Of a stretch of 52,569 bases of DNA, positions 10,425-20,900 are shown one piece after another. The notes below the pieces were generated by a model. That model worked only from the letters and a program-made list of their open reading frames with translations, made no database searches and was not told the DNA's origin. Made by a program: the position numbers and the translations under genes. The stretch spans positions 1 to 52,569 of IMG/VR virus record IMGVR_UViG_3300046807_000026. The stretch is one strand, 5' to 3'. This DNA comes from a virus (Duplodnaviria > Caudoviricetes). Positions within the stretch are counted from its first letter, which is position 1. Each line of letters begins with the position of its first letter.

Positions 10425-11644
10425 TGGCAACACAACGAAAAGCTAAAAGAAAGCTATCCGATATTAGCTTTGAAAAAGAAGGGGCTCACGTAGCTCTTAC
10501 TTCAAAGCAACAAGGTGGTCCAGCTAATACACACGATTATGCACTTGTACTAAAAGCTAATAAGTTTAGCGAAGAGTTTGTACAGAAGATGCAACAAGTT
10601 CGTGTAACCATGGAACTACCTGATTTTCTACGTAAGTTCTTTTCTATGTACGGAGAAGATGCAGAAATTCTGGCTCGTATGATGGGTTATGAAAAACCTG
10701 CACAAGCTGTAGAAGATATGCCTTCCGATTACGAAGATTACATTCAATCTAAACTAGAAGCTTTTGAGATTTTGAAATCTGCTAATAGTACAGAAACTCT
10801 TTCCGAAGTTCTGTCTGAGTTAGATGAAAACGAATATTTGGCTATGTTAAATGATCAAGCTTTGATTGAAAAAGCATTTGAAGAACTAGAAAAAGCTTAT
10901 AAACCTAAAGTTGGTGACATGGTATCATGGAATTCCAGCGGTGGTCAAGCTACAGGTAAAGTTACTAAAATCGTAAGTAATGGTACTATGCAAGTTCCTG
11001 ACACGGAATTTACTCTAAATGGTACTGAACAAAATCCTGCTGTAATGATTAAAATTTATAGAGATGGTAAACCTACCGACACAATGGTTGGTCACAAAGC
11101 TGGAACACTCAGCAAAGTATCCAAATCTCTAACACAAGAATCTGAACCTGCTGCTTCCGCAGACGGTACTGATACCTCAACAAACGCTGGCGTTGAGAAT
11201 ATTGAAGGGGTGTCTACCTCTGTTAACAAAGAAGAATTGGAGAAAACCAAGATGGAAGACGAATTGAAAGTCGAAACCGTTGAAAAAGCTCAATTTGAAC
11301 TTGTACAAAAAGCTCTAGACGAGCAGAAGGTACAACTACAAAAAGCTATGGAAACAATTGCTCAATTTGAAGCTGAGAAAAAAGAAGCTATCAATAAAGC
11401 AAAAACTGAAAAAGTTAAAGCAATCGTTAAAGACGAAAGCAAGGTAGAAGCAATCGCTAAGGCTGCTCTATCACTAGAATCCGAAGATGACTTTACTGCA
11501 TTCCTCGCTGCTATGCAAGCAATGATGACTACTGTAGAAACATCTGAGATGTTCGTAGAAAAAGGTGCTTCTACTCAAGAAGAAACCATTGTTCAAGAAT
11601 CTGCTGTGGCAAAATTACTTAAAGCCAAGCAAGTAACTAAGTAA
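10424..11644 (+). CDS. Head scaffolding/maturation protein with an inserted Tudor/SH3-like module
   Basis: Charged coiled-coil C-terminus; located between the protease and decoration genes; internal KVGDMVSWNSSGG...GKVTKI module. Confidence 0.6.
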   Translation: MATQRKAKRKLSDISFEKEGAHVALTSKQQGGPANTHDYALVLKANKFSEEFVQKMQQVRVTMELPDFLRKFFSMYGEDAEILARMMGYEKPAQAVEDMPSDYEDYIQSKLEAFEILKSANSTETLSEVLSELDENEYLAMLNDQALIEKAFEELEKAYKPKVGDMVSWNSSGGQATGKVTKIVSNGTMQVPDTEFTLNGTEQNPAVMIKIYRDGKPTDTMVGHKAGTLSKVSKSLTQESEPAASADGTDTSTNAGVENIEGVSTSVNKEELEKTKMEDELKVETVEKAQFELVQKALDEQKVQLQKAMETIAQFEAEKKEAINKAKTEKVKAIVKDESKVEAIAKAALSLESEDDFTAFLAAMQAMMTTVETSEMFVEKGASTQEETIVQESAVAKLLKAKQVTK

Positions 11645-11661
11645 TATAAAAGGAAAATAAA

Positions 11662-12057
11662 ATGCCACTAATCGCAACAGAAGCAAAACGTCTTTCTAAC
11701 GTTGTTAAACAAGAACTCTTCCCTGAGTCTGCCTACTGCCGTGTAGCTGTTACCTATAATGGTACTGCTGCTACTCTAGTTCCCGGTACTGTTCTCGGTA
11801 AAGTTACCGCTGATGGTAAATACAAAATTGCTGTAGAGACTGCAACCGATGGTTCAAAAGTCGCTGACGCAATCGTAATGGTTGAACAAACCGTTGCTGC
11901 TACTACTGATACCAAAGTTCTATGCATGGTACGTGGTCCAGCTATCGTATCCAAGGACGGTTTAGTTCTAGATGCTACATACAACCTAGATGCTGAAAAA
12001 GCTGCCGTATACGCTGCTCTAGAAGCCAAGGGTATTCTCTGCAACGATGCAGTTTAA
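11662..12057 (+). CDS. Head decoration protein (lambda gpD-like)
   Basis: PGTVLGKVTADGKY...DGS...VRGP motif; immediately precedes the major capsid gene. Confidence 0.8.
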   Translation: MPLIATEAKRLSNVVKQELFPESAYCRVAVTYNGTAATLVPGTVLGKVTADGKYKIAVETATDGSKVADAIVMVEQTVAATTDTKVLCMVRGPAIVSKDGLVLDATYNLDAEKAAVYAALEAKGILCNDAV

Positions 12058-12097
12058 TATCCAACAGATTACCGAATAATAACACAAGGAAATTATA

Positions 12098-13111
12098 ATG
12101 CAAACTCGTAGTTTTGAAAAACCATTTGAACTAGTCGATTACACAGAAGAACTACTCTTAGTTCCTAATAAGTGGGGCTTGATCAACGAACTAGGTCTAT
12201 TCTCTGAAGAAGGCGTAGCTCAACACAGCGTTACCGTTGAATCCAATGAAGGCACACTCGGTCTAGTTACCGACAAAATCCGTGGTGAACGCAACAACGT
12301 AAACAAGAGCGACACTCGTGCTCTACGTTCATTCGCTATCCCTCACTTCCCACTAGATGACGGAGTTAAGCCTGAAGACGTACAAGGTAAACGTGCTTAC
12401 GGTTCTGCTGATCAAGCTGAAACTGAAGCTGCTGTTATCGCTCGTAAGCTAGAGCGTATCCGTATGAACCACTCAGTAACTCTAGAAGCTGCTCGTGCTT
12501 ACGCTATCACTAGCGGTGCGATCTACGCTCCTAACGGTACTGTTGCTGGTAACTTCTACACTGATTTCGGTGTAACCCGTAAGTCCATCGACTTCGTACT
12601 CGGTACTTCCACTACTGACCTAAACGCTAAGTCAGAAGAAGGTATTGCTCACATTCAAGACAACATCCTAAGCGGTGAAGTCGTTAGCAACATCGTAGTT
12701 CTTTGCTCACCAGCTTTCTTCGGTAAGCTAATCAACCACGCTACTGTTAAAGAAGCTTACAAGTACTACACAAGCACTCAAGAGCCTCTACGTAACCGTC
12801 TAGGTTCTGGTGTATATCGCCGTTTCGTACACGGTGGTGTTGAGTACATTGAATACCGTGGTTCTTACAATGGTACTGCTCTAATCCCTGCTGGCGAAGC
12901 TTACATGCTACCACAAGGTACTGCTGACATGTTCAAAACTTACTTTAGCCCTGCGAATAAATTTTCCCATGTCAACACAATTGGTGAGCAAGCCTATGTA
13001 TTCACATACCGTGATCCAAAGGATAGCGAAATCCAAATTCAATCAGAAGCTAACTTCTTGAACTTGATTCGCCGCCCACAAGCTGTTATTCAGCTAACCA
13101 CTTCTAACTAA
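12098..13111 (+). CDS. Major capsid protein (HK97 fold, lambda gpE-like)
   Basis: 337 aa; IPHFPLDD motif and C-terminal RPQAVIQL; synteny; strongly biased codon usage consistent with high expression. Confidence 0.9.
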   Translation: MQTRSFEKPFELVDYTEELLLVPNKWGLINELGLFSEEGVAQHSVTVESNEGTLGLVTDKIRGERNNVNKSDTRALRSFAIPHFPLDDGVKPEDVQGKRAYGSADQAETEAAVIARKLERIRMNHSVTLEAARAYAITSGAIYAPNGTVAGNFYTDFGVTRKSIDFVLGTSTTDLNAKSEEGIAHIQDNILSGEVVSNIVVLCSPAFFGKLINHATVKEAYKYYTSTQEPLRNRLGSGVYRRFVHGGVEYIEYRGSYNGTALIPAGEAYMLPQGTADMFKTYFSPANKFSHVNTIGEQAYVFTYRDPKDSEIQIQSEANFLNLIRRPQAVIQLTTSN

Positions 13112-13125
13112 TCATTAGATAATTA

Positions 13126-13148
13126 GATTCCCGCTTCGGCGGGTTTCT
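13126..13148 (+). terminator. Terminator hairpin after the major capsid gene
   Basis: cccgc-TTCG-gcggg followed by ttt. Confidence 0.65.
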
Positions 13149-13224
13149 AACATAAGTATTGCAATGTAACATACTCGGTGTTATATTACAGTATTTATGT
13201 TAGATATAACATAAAGGATATATT

Positions 13225-13629
13225 ATGACAATTCATGCACTTAGAATCGAACTAGGAGATACATCTGCTGAGTTTCCTATTATGTCTGATGACGAATACA
13301 ATTACTTTCTTGGTAAACACGACTGGAACATTAGTAGAGCAGCTATGGATGCCGCTAAGAGTATCATGCTCAAGCTTTCAATGCGTACTGATGAAACAGT
13401 AGATATCTTTAGTATTAAGGGTGCTTCTGCTGCTAAAAACTACATGCAAGCATTGCAGATGTATATTAAGAATCCTGATCTCAATACAATGTATGACAAG
13501 ATTCAAGGTTACGCTGGTGGTATCTCTAAGTCAGATATGCAAGCCAACGATGCTAACTTAGATAATAACATTGTTAACCAACCTACAGATTTACAATTTA
13601 TTGTTCGTCCTAGTACATTTGGTATTTAA
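13225..13629 (+). CDS. Head-tail adaptor
   Basis: LRIELGDT...SDDEYNYFL motif; directly follows the major capsid gene. Confidence 0.65.
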   Translation: MTIHALRIELGDTSAEFPIMSDDEYNYFLGKHDWNISRAAMDAAKSIMLKLSMRTDETVDIFSIKGASAAKNYMQALQMYIKNPDLNTMYDKIQGYAGGISKSDMQANDANLDNNIVNQPTDLQFIVRPSTFGI

Positions 13630-13642
13630 CTAAAGGAACGCT

Positions 13643-13999
13643 ATGGACAGATATTTAGCGATTACTTCAAGAGCTATCAGTGAACACGGTAAGAATTGTA
13701 CTTATACAATAGTTACTGAAGGTGCTTATGATATTGAAACTGGTAGCACAACTAATACTGAAACAGTACATACTGTAAGAATGTATAAAAAGCACATTAG
13801 AGCTAGTCAGTATAATTTTCCAAATATGATCGGCAGAGATTCTGCACTATTTTATTTAGCTAATAATAACTTGAGTTTTGTACCTGCACCTAAAGATAAG
13901 ATTACAATTGATGCAGTTACTTACACAGTAGATTCTGTAACCGAACATACTGCTGATGGTCTTGTGATTTTATACAAGATTCTAACTGTTAAAGGTTAA
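13643..13999 (+). CDS. Head closure / head-tail joining protein
   Basis: GAYDIETG motif, small beta-rich protein, synteny. Confidence 0.6.
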   Translation: MDRYLAITSRAISEHGKNCTYTIVTEGAYDIETGSTTNTETVHTVRMYKKHIRASQYNFPNMIGRDSALFYLANNNLSFVPAPKDKITIDAVTYTVDSVTEHTADGLVILYKILTVKG

Positions 14000-14001
14000 T
14001 C

Positions 14002-14493
14002 ATGCAGATTACATGCGATACTTCAAAGTTAGAAGAAAGCCTAAAGAAGTTCCATGAAGAAGCTGTTCGTAAGATGGAAGGTATGGTGAGAAAGTTCTCA
14101 CATATTGTAGCATGGACAGCAATTGATAATACACCTCTTGGTGATTCCATTAAATGGGAACCTTTATATTTATTACGTCAAAAGAATTTAGGTTTAGAAC
14201 CAATTGAAGGTTTTGCTAAAGGTTCTTGGAGAGTTTCTACTGATGGTACTTTAGAAATGCAAACTCTATACGGTCAAGATTCTGATGAAATGGCAGCTTC
14301 ACTTATACAGAGCGATTTGATGGCTTACAAGTTAGGTGAAACAGTTATGATCAGCAACTTTGGTCCTTACATATTAGAGCTTGAAAATAATTTTCAAAGG
14401 TATAATAAACAACAACCGATTATACAACCAACTGTTGATGCTGTATACAGAACATATCAGTTGAATTTGGATGACTATTATAAGGCAAGTTAA
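14002..14493 (+). CDS. Neck / tail completion protein (HK97 gp10-like)
   Basis: TP...G-x-AKGSW...ISNFGPYILELE motif, synteny. Confidence 0.6.
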   Translation: MQITCDTSKLEESLKKFHEEAVRKMEGMVRKFSHIVAWTAIDNTPLGDSIKWEPLYLLRQKNLGLEPIEGFAKGSWRVSTDGTLEMQTLYGQDSDEMAASLIQSDLMAYKLGETVMISNFGPYILELENNFQRYNKQQPIIQPTVDAVYRTYQLNLDDYYKAS

Positions 14494-14900
14494 TGGCAAT
14501 TATAGAAATTAAAAGAGCAGCCGAAAGAAAACTAAATGCATTAACTCCTGCAGTAACTACAGCATGGGAAGGTGTTAGTTTTGATCCACCGAATGGTATT
14601 TACCAAAGAGTACAATTTACTATTCAATCTCCAGATGATCCTGTACTCGGTACTGGCTTTCATAGGGAAAGAGTAACAATGCAAGTATTCGTAGTCGGTG
14701 CTGCAAACAAAGGAACTTCCGAAGTTATAAATCGAGCCGAATTGATTCGTAATCATTTTGCAAAAGGTTTAGTATTACAAGAAGGTAACGTAAGAATACA
14801 CGTATTAAGAACTCCACAAGTTGCTGGAAATACTGTTGTATCTGAGAGAATAATTTGTCCTGTGCTAATCGAATTGGTTGCAGAAGTTTATTCTTATTAA
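14493..14900 (+). CDS. Tail terminator protein
   Basis: TAWEGVSFDPP motif; directly precedes the tail tube gene. Confidence 0.65.
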   Translation: MAIIEIKRAAERKLNALTPAVTTAWEGVSFDPPNGIYQRVQFTIQSPDDPVLGTGFHRERVTMQVFVVGAANKGTSEVINRAELIRNHFAKGLVLQEGNVRIHVLRTPQVAGNTVVSERIICPVLIELVAEVYSY

Positions 14901-14966
14901 TAACAAGGTTGCTGAACCTAAATCAGTACATTTGCAAATGTTGATAATTTAAATTAAGGAAATAAT

Positions 14967-16172
14967 ATGCCAATTTCAAAAGGTACAGCCAAACAGGTTG
15001 CTTACAAGAAAGAAACTACTTTTGGTACTCTAGCAGGTAATACTTCTGGAAAACTACTACGCAGAGTTACTGCCAACTTTAACCTAGCAAAAGAAGCTTA
15101 TGAATCAAACGAAATTCGTGTTGATCGTCAAGTAGCTGATTTCCGTCATGGTGTTCGTTCAGCCGAAGGTACTCTAAACGGTGAACTTTCTTCAGCTTCC
15201 TATTCTGATTTCATGGGTTCTGTAGTAGGTAAAGACTTTGCTGCTGTTACTCTTGGTGCTGCTGCTCAGGTTACAGTAACTGTTGTCGGTACAACTTATA
15301 CGCTAGTTCGTGCAACTGGTTCATGGTTGACAGACGGTGTTAAGGTCGGTATGGTAGTTCGTGCTTCTGGTTTGACTACTAGTGGTGATAACGGTAAAAA
15401 CCTATTGGTCGCTTCTCTAACCGCTACAAACGCTGTCGTTGTCCCTTTAAACGGTTCTACAATGACTGCTCAAGGTACTGCTACAAGCGTAACCTTAACT
15501 GCTCCCGGTAAGCAAACTTTTGTTCCTGCAACTGGTCACACTGATGATTCCTACACTGTAGAAGAATTCTACTCTGATATCGCTCAGTCTGAAGTTTACA
15601 CAGGTATGAAAGTTAATAGTGTTGCTGTTCAGCTACCTGCTACTGGTCTAACTACTGTTGACATTGGTTTCGCTGGTAAAGACCTAACACAAACTGGTAC
15701 TACACAATACTTCACTTCACCAACTGCACAAGGTACAACTGGTATCTTCGCTGCTGTTAACGGTGTCCTACTTGTGAACGGTGCTCCTGTTGCTCTAGTA
15801 ACATCTGCTGATTTTACTATCGAACGTGCCACTGAGAATGCTACTGTAGTTGGTTCCAACTCTATTGCTGATATCTTCACTGGTCGTATTCGTGTTACTG
15901 GTAATATGAGTGTTTACTTCCAAGATGCTGCTTTCCGTGATTACTTCAATGCTGAATCAACAGTATCTCTAGTTTTGACAGTTACCTCTGATACTAGTGC
16001 TACTGCTAACTTCGTTGCTTTCGCAATCCCTAAAGTTAAGCTAGGTACTTTCACTAAGGATGATGGTGAACTCGGTCTAATCTCTTCTTCAAGCTTCCAA
16101 GCTTTGTTGAACGATGTTACTACTGCCGGTCTACCAGCTACTACAATCCAAATTCAAGATTCTGCAGCTTAA
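14967..16172 (+). CDS. Major tail tube protein
   Basis: KKETTFG...YESNEIRVDRQVAD...GRIRVTGNMSVYF, typical of siphovirus tube proteins. Confidence 0.85.
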   Translation: MPISKGTAKQVAYKKETTFGTLAGNTSGKLLRRVTANFNLAKEAYESNEIRVDRQVADFRHGVRSAEGTLNGELSSASYSDFMGSVVGKDFAAVTLGAAAQVTVTVVGTTYTLVRATGSWLTDGVKVGMVVRASGLTTSGDNGKNLLVASLTATNAVVVPLNGSTMTAQGTATSVTLTAPGKQTFVPATGHTDDSYTVEEFYSDIAQSEVYTGMKVNSVAVQLPATGLTTVDIGFAGKDLTQTGTTQYFTSPTAQGTTGIFAAVNGVLLVNGAPVALVTSADFTIERATENATVVGSNSIADIFTGRIRVTGNMSVYFQDAAFRDYFNAESTVSLVLTVTSDTSATANFVAFAIPKVKLGTFTKDDGELGLISSSSFQALLNDVTTAGLPATTIQIQDSAA

Positions 16173-16195
16173 TAACTGCTAATATAACTTGATAG

Positions 16196-16232
16196 AATCC
16201 CTTCGGTCAAAAGCCGAGGGGATTTTTTTTTT
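16196..16232 (+). terminator. Rho-independent terminator
   Basis: aatcccttcggt/gccgaggggatt stem followed by a poly-T run. Confidence 0.85.
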
Positions 16233-16255
16233 ATTGCTTTAATGATTTACACCTC

Positions 16256-16284
16256 TTGATTTATCTTAAAAATTATGTTATAAT
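16256..16284 (+). promoter_or_regulatory. Sigma70-type promoter
   Basis: TTGATT-N17-TATAAT with extended -10. Confidence 0.7.
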
Positions 16285-16318
16285 CAGTACTTCATTAACA
16301 ATAATAGAAAGGAATATT

Positions 16319-16732
16319 ATGACGTTTGATCTAACAAAACATAATTACACAGAGATTGCCGAAGCAGGTTATAAGTTTGAATTGAAACTTCCCGGTACTG
16401 GAGAAGGTACAGGAGTATTCATTACAGTTCGTGGTGATCAGTCTAAAACAGTAAAAGCCTTTGCTCGTAAGAAGTATGCTGAGTTTAAGCTACGTGAACA
16501 ACAAGCTAAACGCAGAGGTAAAGAAGCCGAAGATATGACGCTAGAAGAAGCTGAAGAACTCAGTATTGAATCTGCTGTTGTACGAGTAATCGGTTGGGAA
16601 AATATTACCGAAGATGGTAAACTAGTTCTCTTTACAAAAGAAAATGCTGAACGTATTTTCAAAGACTATTCGTGGATTAAAGAAGCCGTGATGGAGGAAT
16701 CAGGTCAAATCCTGAACTTTCGATCCGAGTGA
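16319..16732 (+). CDS. Tail assembly chaperone (gpG-like); start reassigned to ATG 16319
   Basis: Lies between the tube and tape measure genes; VIGWENI motif; RBS gaaagga before ATG 16319. Confidence 0.8.
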   Translation: MTFDLTKHNYTEIAEAGYKFELKLPGTGEGTGVFITVRGDQSKTVKAFARKKYAEFKLREQQAKRRGKEAEDMTLEEAEELSIESAVVRVIGWENITEDGKLVLFTKENAERIFKDYSWIKEAVMEESGQILNFRSE

Positions 16733-17111
16733 AATTGAAGAAGCCATTTCTTTTGCTAAACAAGAGTTTGGTTTCGGTAGGCGTTCAAGTGATGGTTCTA
16801 CATTAAGAGATCAGTTAAATTCCGTATGGAGACAAACAGGTATAAAACCGAAAGAGCTTGAAGATATTGTCGAGCTACCTGAGAGTTGTGTCCAAGTATG
16901 GAAATGGTTTATTGATTTGCATAATGCAAGAGGGTCCAATGGTTTTGGTATCAATCCAATATCTTATACAGAGATTAAATGCTACTTTGATTTGATTGAT
17001 ATGAAACCGGATGATTGGGAAATAACTCTAATCAAATCATTCGATAATGAAGCAATGAAAGCTTACGCAAAAGAAGCTGAAGCTGAACGCAAGAAAAGCA
17101 CAAAGAAATAA
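16716..17111 (+). CDS. C-terminal part of the frameshifted chaperone (gpGT-like), reached by a +1 shift
   Basis: The +1 frame is open 16716-17111 with no ATG/GTG/TTG in its first 67 codons; content resembles gpT-like proteins (WKWFIDL...NPISYTEI). Confidence 0.7.
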   Translation, partial: TFDPSEIEEAISFAKQEFGFGRRSSDGSTLRDQLNSVWRQTGIKPKELEDIVELPESCVQVWKWFIDLHNARGSNGFGINPISYTEIKCYFDLIDMKPDDWEITLIKSFDNEAMKAYAKEAEAERKKSTKK

Positions 17112-17190
17112 ATAGTAGCCTTCTAACGAGGGCTTCTATATTTACGATTTTATACAGATTGTAAATATAGAATTATATATTGGAGTAATC

Positions 17191-17976
17191 ATGGGCTTAT
17201 TTAAAATTTGTAGTAAGTGCAAGTTAGAAAAATCATTTGAAAGTTTTAGTAAGAATTCTCAAAGGAAAGATGGTTTATATCCAACTTGTAAACAATGTGT
17301 TGCTGAATATAATAAAATTAATAAAGAGAAAAGAGCAGCAACTAAGAAAGTTTATTATGAACTTAATAAAGAGAGAATTTCTCAGCGAGCTAAGGAAATT
17401 TATGTCGAAAACCGAGAAAAGGTTATTGCTCATACAAAGAAATATCGTGAACAGAATAAAGAAAAATATGCACAATATTTAAAAGATTATTATTTAAAAA
17501 ATAAAGACAAATTTAAAATATATGCTGAAGCCAATAGAGATAAAATAAAAGAGAGTGGTCGTATTCGGCGTAAAAGTAACTATTTAATTATTACTAAGTA
17601 CGAAGCTCTATATAGGGTAAATAATAGAAAACTCTTAGCACAAAAGGCAAGAGAGTATTATGCAACAAATACTGCTAAATGTAATAAGCGTTTAAATGAT
17701 TATCGTAAAAATAATCCCGAAAAATTTCTAGCTTTAGCTAACAAACGCCGTGCCGCAAAATTAAATGCTACACCTAAGTGGTTGACTAATTCAGATTTTG
17801 CAGAAATTGAAGAATTGTATTTGTGTGCAAGAATGTTTAGATTGTACACAGGTGAAGAATATCATGTAGATCACATCGTGCCGTTACAAGGTAAGACTGT
17901 CTGTGGTTTACATGTGCTATGGAATCTACAAGTTATTCCTGCAAAAGAAAATCTAAGTAAATCGAATAAGATTTAA
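17191..17976 (+). CDS. Free-standing HNH homing endonuclease
   Basis: N-terminal CxxC...CxxC; C-terminal [34 protein letters not shown]. Confidence 0.85.
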   Translation: [261 protein letters not shown]

Positions 17977-17989
17977 ATGAAAGTAAAAC

Positions 17990-20900
17990 ATGGAATTAAG
18001 TACCTTAAAATTCGTAGTAGATACGAAAGAATTAGTAGACGCAGCTAAAAAGATTGATGCTCTGGCAGTATCTGTTAGTAAAGTAAATAAGCCAATTGCA
18101 ACCGCTGCTCTGGAATCAGAGAAGTTAGCGCAAGCTCAAGCTAAAACAGCACTAGCTGCTGCCAAAGTAGAAGAGGCAAATACCAAAGCTGCTATTGCTG
18201 CCGAAAAACTAGCTAAGGCTCAGACTGTAGTAACTGATTCTAGCAAGACTCAAATGTCGATTCTTGAGAAGCAACAGAGTATTACAAGTTACATGTCAGA
18301 AGGTCTATCCAAAGGTATGGCTACTGTCATGTCTTATGGTAAAGCTGCTGGTCTTGCTGCTGATGATTTAAAGTTATTACTCGATACTTTACAGACACAA
18401 AAGAAATTTTCAGGTGATCCATTCGATAAGAGTTTAAGTGGAGTTACATCTTTAAAAAATGAATTAGGTATTCTTAAAGAAGTACAAAGATTATATGGCT
18501 CTGGTGTTGAATTAACCTCAAAACAAGTACGTGAGTTAGCATCAGATAAAGAACGTTTAATGGTTAAGCTTAGAGAAGAAGGTGCTTCTTTATCCACCAT
18601 GAAATCCAGTTTAAGAAGTCTTAACAGTGAATACATTACTCTTGCAACGAGTATAAATAAATTCTCAGATGCAGAGACTCAGATGATAAAACAGCAAAAA
18701 GATGCTGCTAAAGCTACTGCATATCTTGCAGATGCTGATGCTAGATTAGCTGCTGCTCTAGCTGATACAAATAAAGCACTTGATAAACAAGCTACTGATG
18801 CTCTTGTAAAATACGAGAAAGCACTAAAACAATCAGGTATGTCTGCTGATGAAGCTGCTGCTAAATTATCTGTAGCTAAAAAACAATTTGAAGGTATTGC
18901 TGATAAAAAGCAAGCTGATAGATTACAGTACTTAGCTCGTGCTATTTCTGTTCAAATGGGTGACGTAGGTATTTCACTCGCTTCTGGTATGAATCCTTTG
19001 TTGGTTATGATTCAACAAGGTGATCAGATTCGTGGTGCTATTCAACAAGCTGGTGCCAGTGGTAAAGAGCTAGAGAAAGCTATGGCTGGTGCTGCAGGAC
19101 AGATTGCTACATCATTCTTGCAAACTGGTAAAGCTATCGGTGGATTCTTTGTCAATGCTGTTAAATCAGCAGGTAACGCTATTTTTGGTTTACCAATAGC
19201 AGTAGGTGTTTCTGCTTTCGGTGCTTTAACTGGTAACGTTGAAACCAGTGCTGCGGCTTTTGATAGATTAAAAATTGCAGCAATAGCATTTAGTAAAGTA
19301 GGTATTGTAGCTGTGATTGCTACTCTCGCTACTCTTGCTACTGTAATGTATGAGTCTATAAAGTTTGAACGTGAATTATCAGTAAATCTAGCAACTACTG
19401 GTTCTAACATGAAAATGAATAGAACAGAAGCAATTGCATATGCACAATCTCTAGCTTCTGCTGGAAAGTCCACTTATCAATATGCTACTGTACTTAGTAC
19501 AATGGCTAAAGAAGGTTATAATGCTGGAGCTAATTTCAAATTAGTTGCGGATTCTGCAATCGAAATGGAAAAGTACGCTGGTACACCAATTGCAAATACT
19601 GTAAAAGCTTTTGAAGAACTATCAACTAAGCCAGTAGAAGGAATTGAAAAACTAGCTAAGGAAATGCGTGGTGTTTCCCCTGAAGTTGTAAAATTAGTCA
19701 ATGAACTTGCAAGACAAGGTAAAGTTGCTGATGCTGCATCTGTTGCTATAAAAGAGATGGCAAGAATCAACGCTGCTGCTGTTAAACAAATTGCTGCTGA
19801 CGCTGGATACCTTGAAAGAATCTGGTTAGATGTTATTGACAACATCGCAAAAGGTTGGGCTAGAGTAAAAGGTTTTGTATTAGGTTGGGGCACAGAGGAT
19901 ACACTCAATGTTCAACTTATGCAAAAACAAAAACAATTAGCAGGTTTCAAAGAAGGTGATACTCGTCCTTTGATTGCTGCTGAGAAAACAAAAATTGAAA
20001 ACGAAATCAGAGGTTTGCAAGAACAGATTGAACTTCAGACAAAAGCCAAATCTTTACGTGAAGCAAACGATGTCAAAGCTAAAGCTGAAACTGAATGGCA
20101 AGGTCTTTTGAATAAACACCTCGCAAAAGAATCAGAGATTAAAAGAGATTTAGCTGAAATTGAAAGAGTTGGTTTGAAGGCTGGTAAAGATGCTGTAGAA
20201 ATTCAAAAATTAAAAAATGAATATCTAGCTAAACAACCTAAAACCGCAGTCACTGTTCAAGCAAGTAAAGATTTAAGTATAATCCAAAAAGATTATGGTG
20301 AACAATTAAAACTTGCTGAAGGTTTTGCTAGAGATGAACGGTCTATTTTAAAAGCTCGTTTTGATGCAGGTCTAATTGAACGTGCTGATTTTATTGCACA
20401 AGACACTGATTTGTTAAGTCGTTCTGAACAAAAGCAATTAGATGTTATTAATAGCTTTAGTGCCAAGTACAGAACAGCTTATGAAGATCAAGCTACTCTA
20501 CTATCTCAAGCTTTTACTAAAGCTAAAGACCCTGAAAATAAAAAACAACTTCAAGAACAATTAGTTAATTTAACTAAAGATTTTGTTGAGTTTAATGCTA
20601 CTGTTGAGGATACAAAAGCAAAACTAGGTTCAGCATTTAGTGCAAGAGAACAAGTTGCTTTGTTAGAATTTGAAAAAGCTGCTTTTGCTAGTACAAAAAC
20701 TTTTAAAGAATATGTCAAATCTCAAGAAGATGCTGCTGAAAATAAAAGAGTTGATCTTGAGCTTCAGGATAGACTAACGAATGCTTATGGTGCAGAAGCT
20801 GCAAGTATTAAAGCTGTTGCTGATGAAACTAAGAGACAGACTGCTGAAGTTTCCAAGTTCACTAAAGCACAAGAAGAAGCTTACAAGCAATATTTGATTG

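Noticed and set aside
16256-16318. ORF-track N-terminal extensions (also nrdA 30850-30942, 33001-33075, 23115-23162, 50569-50628)
   Set aside because: They overlap promoters or upstream genes, and better ATG starts with an RBS exist downstream.
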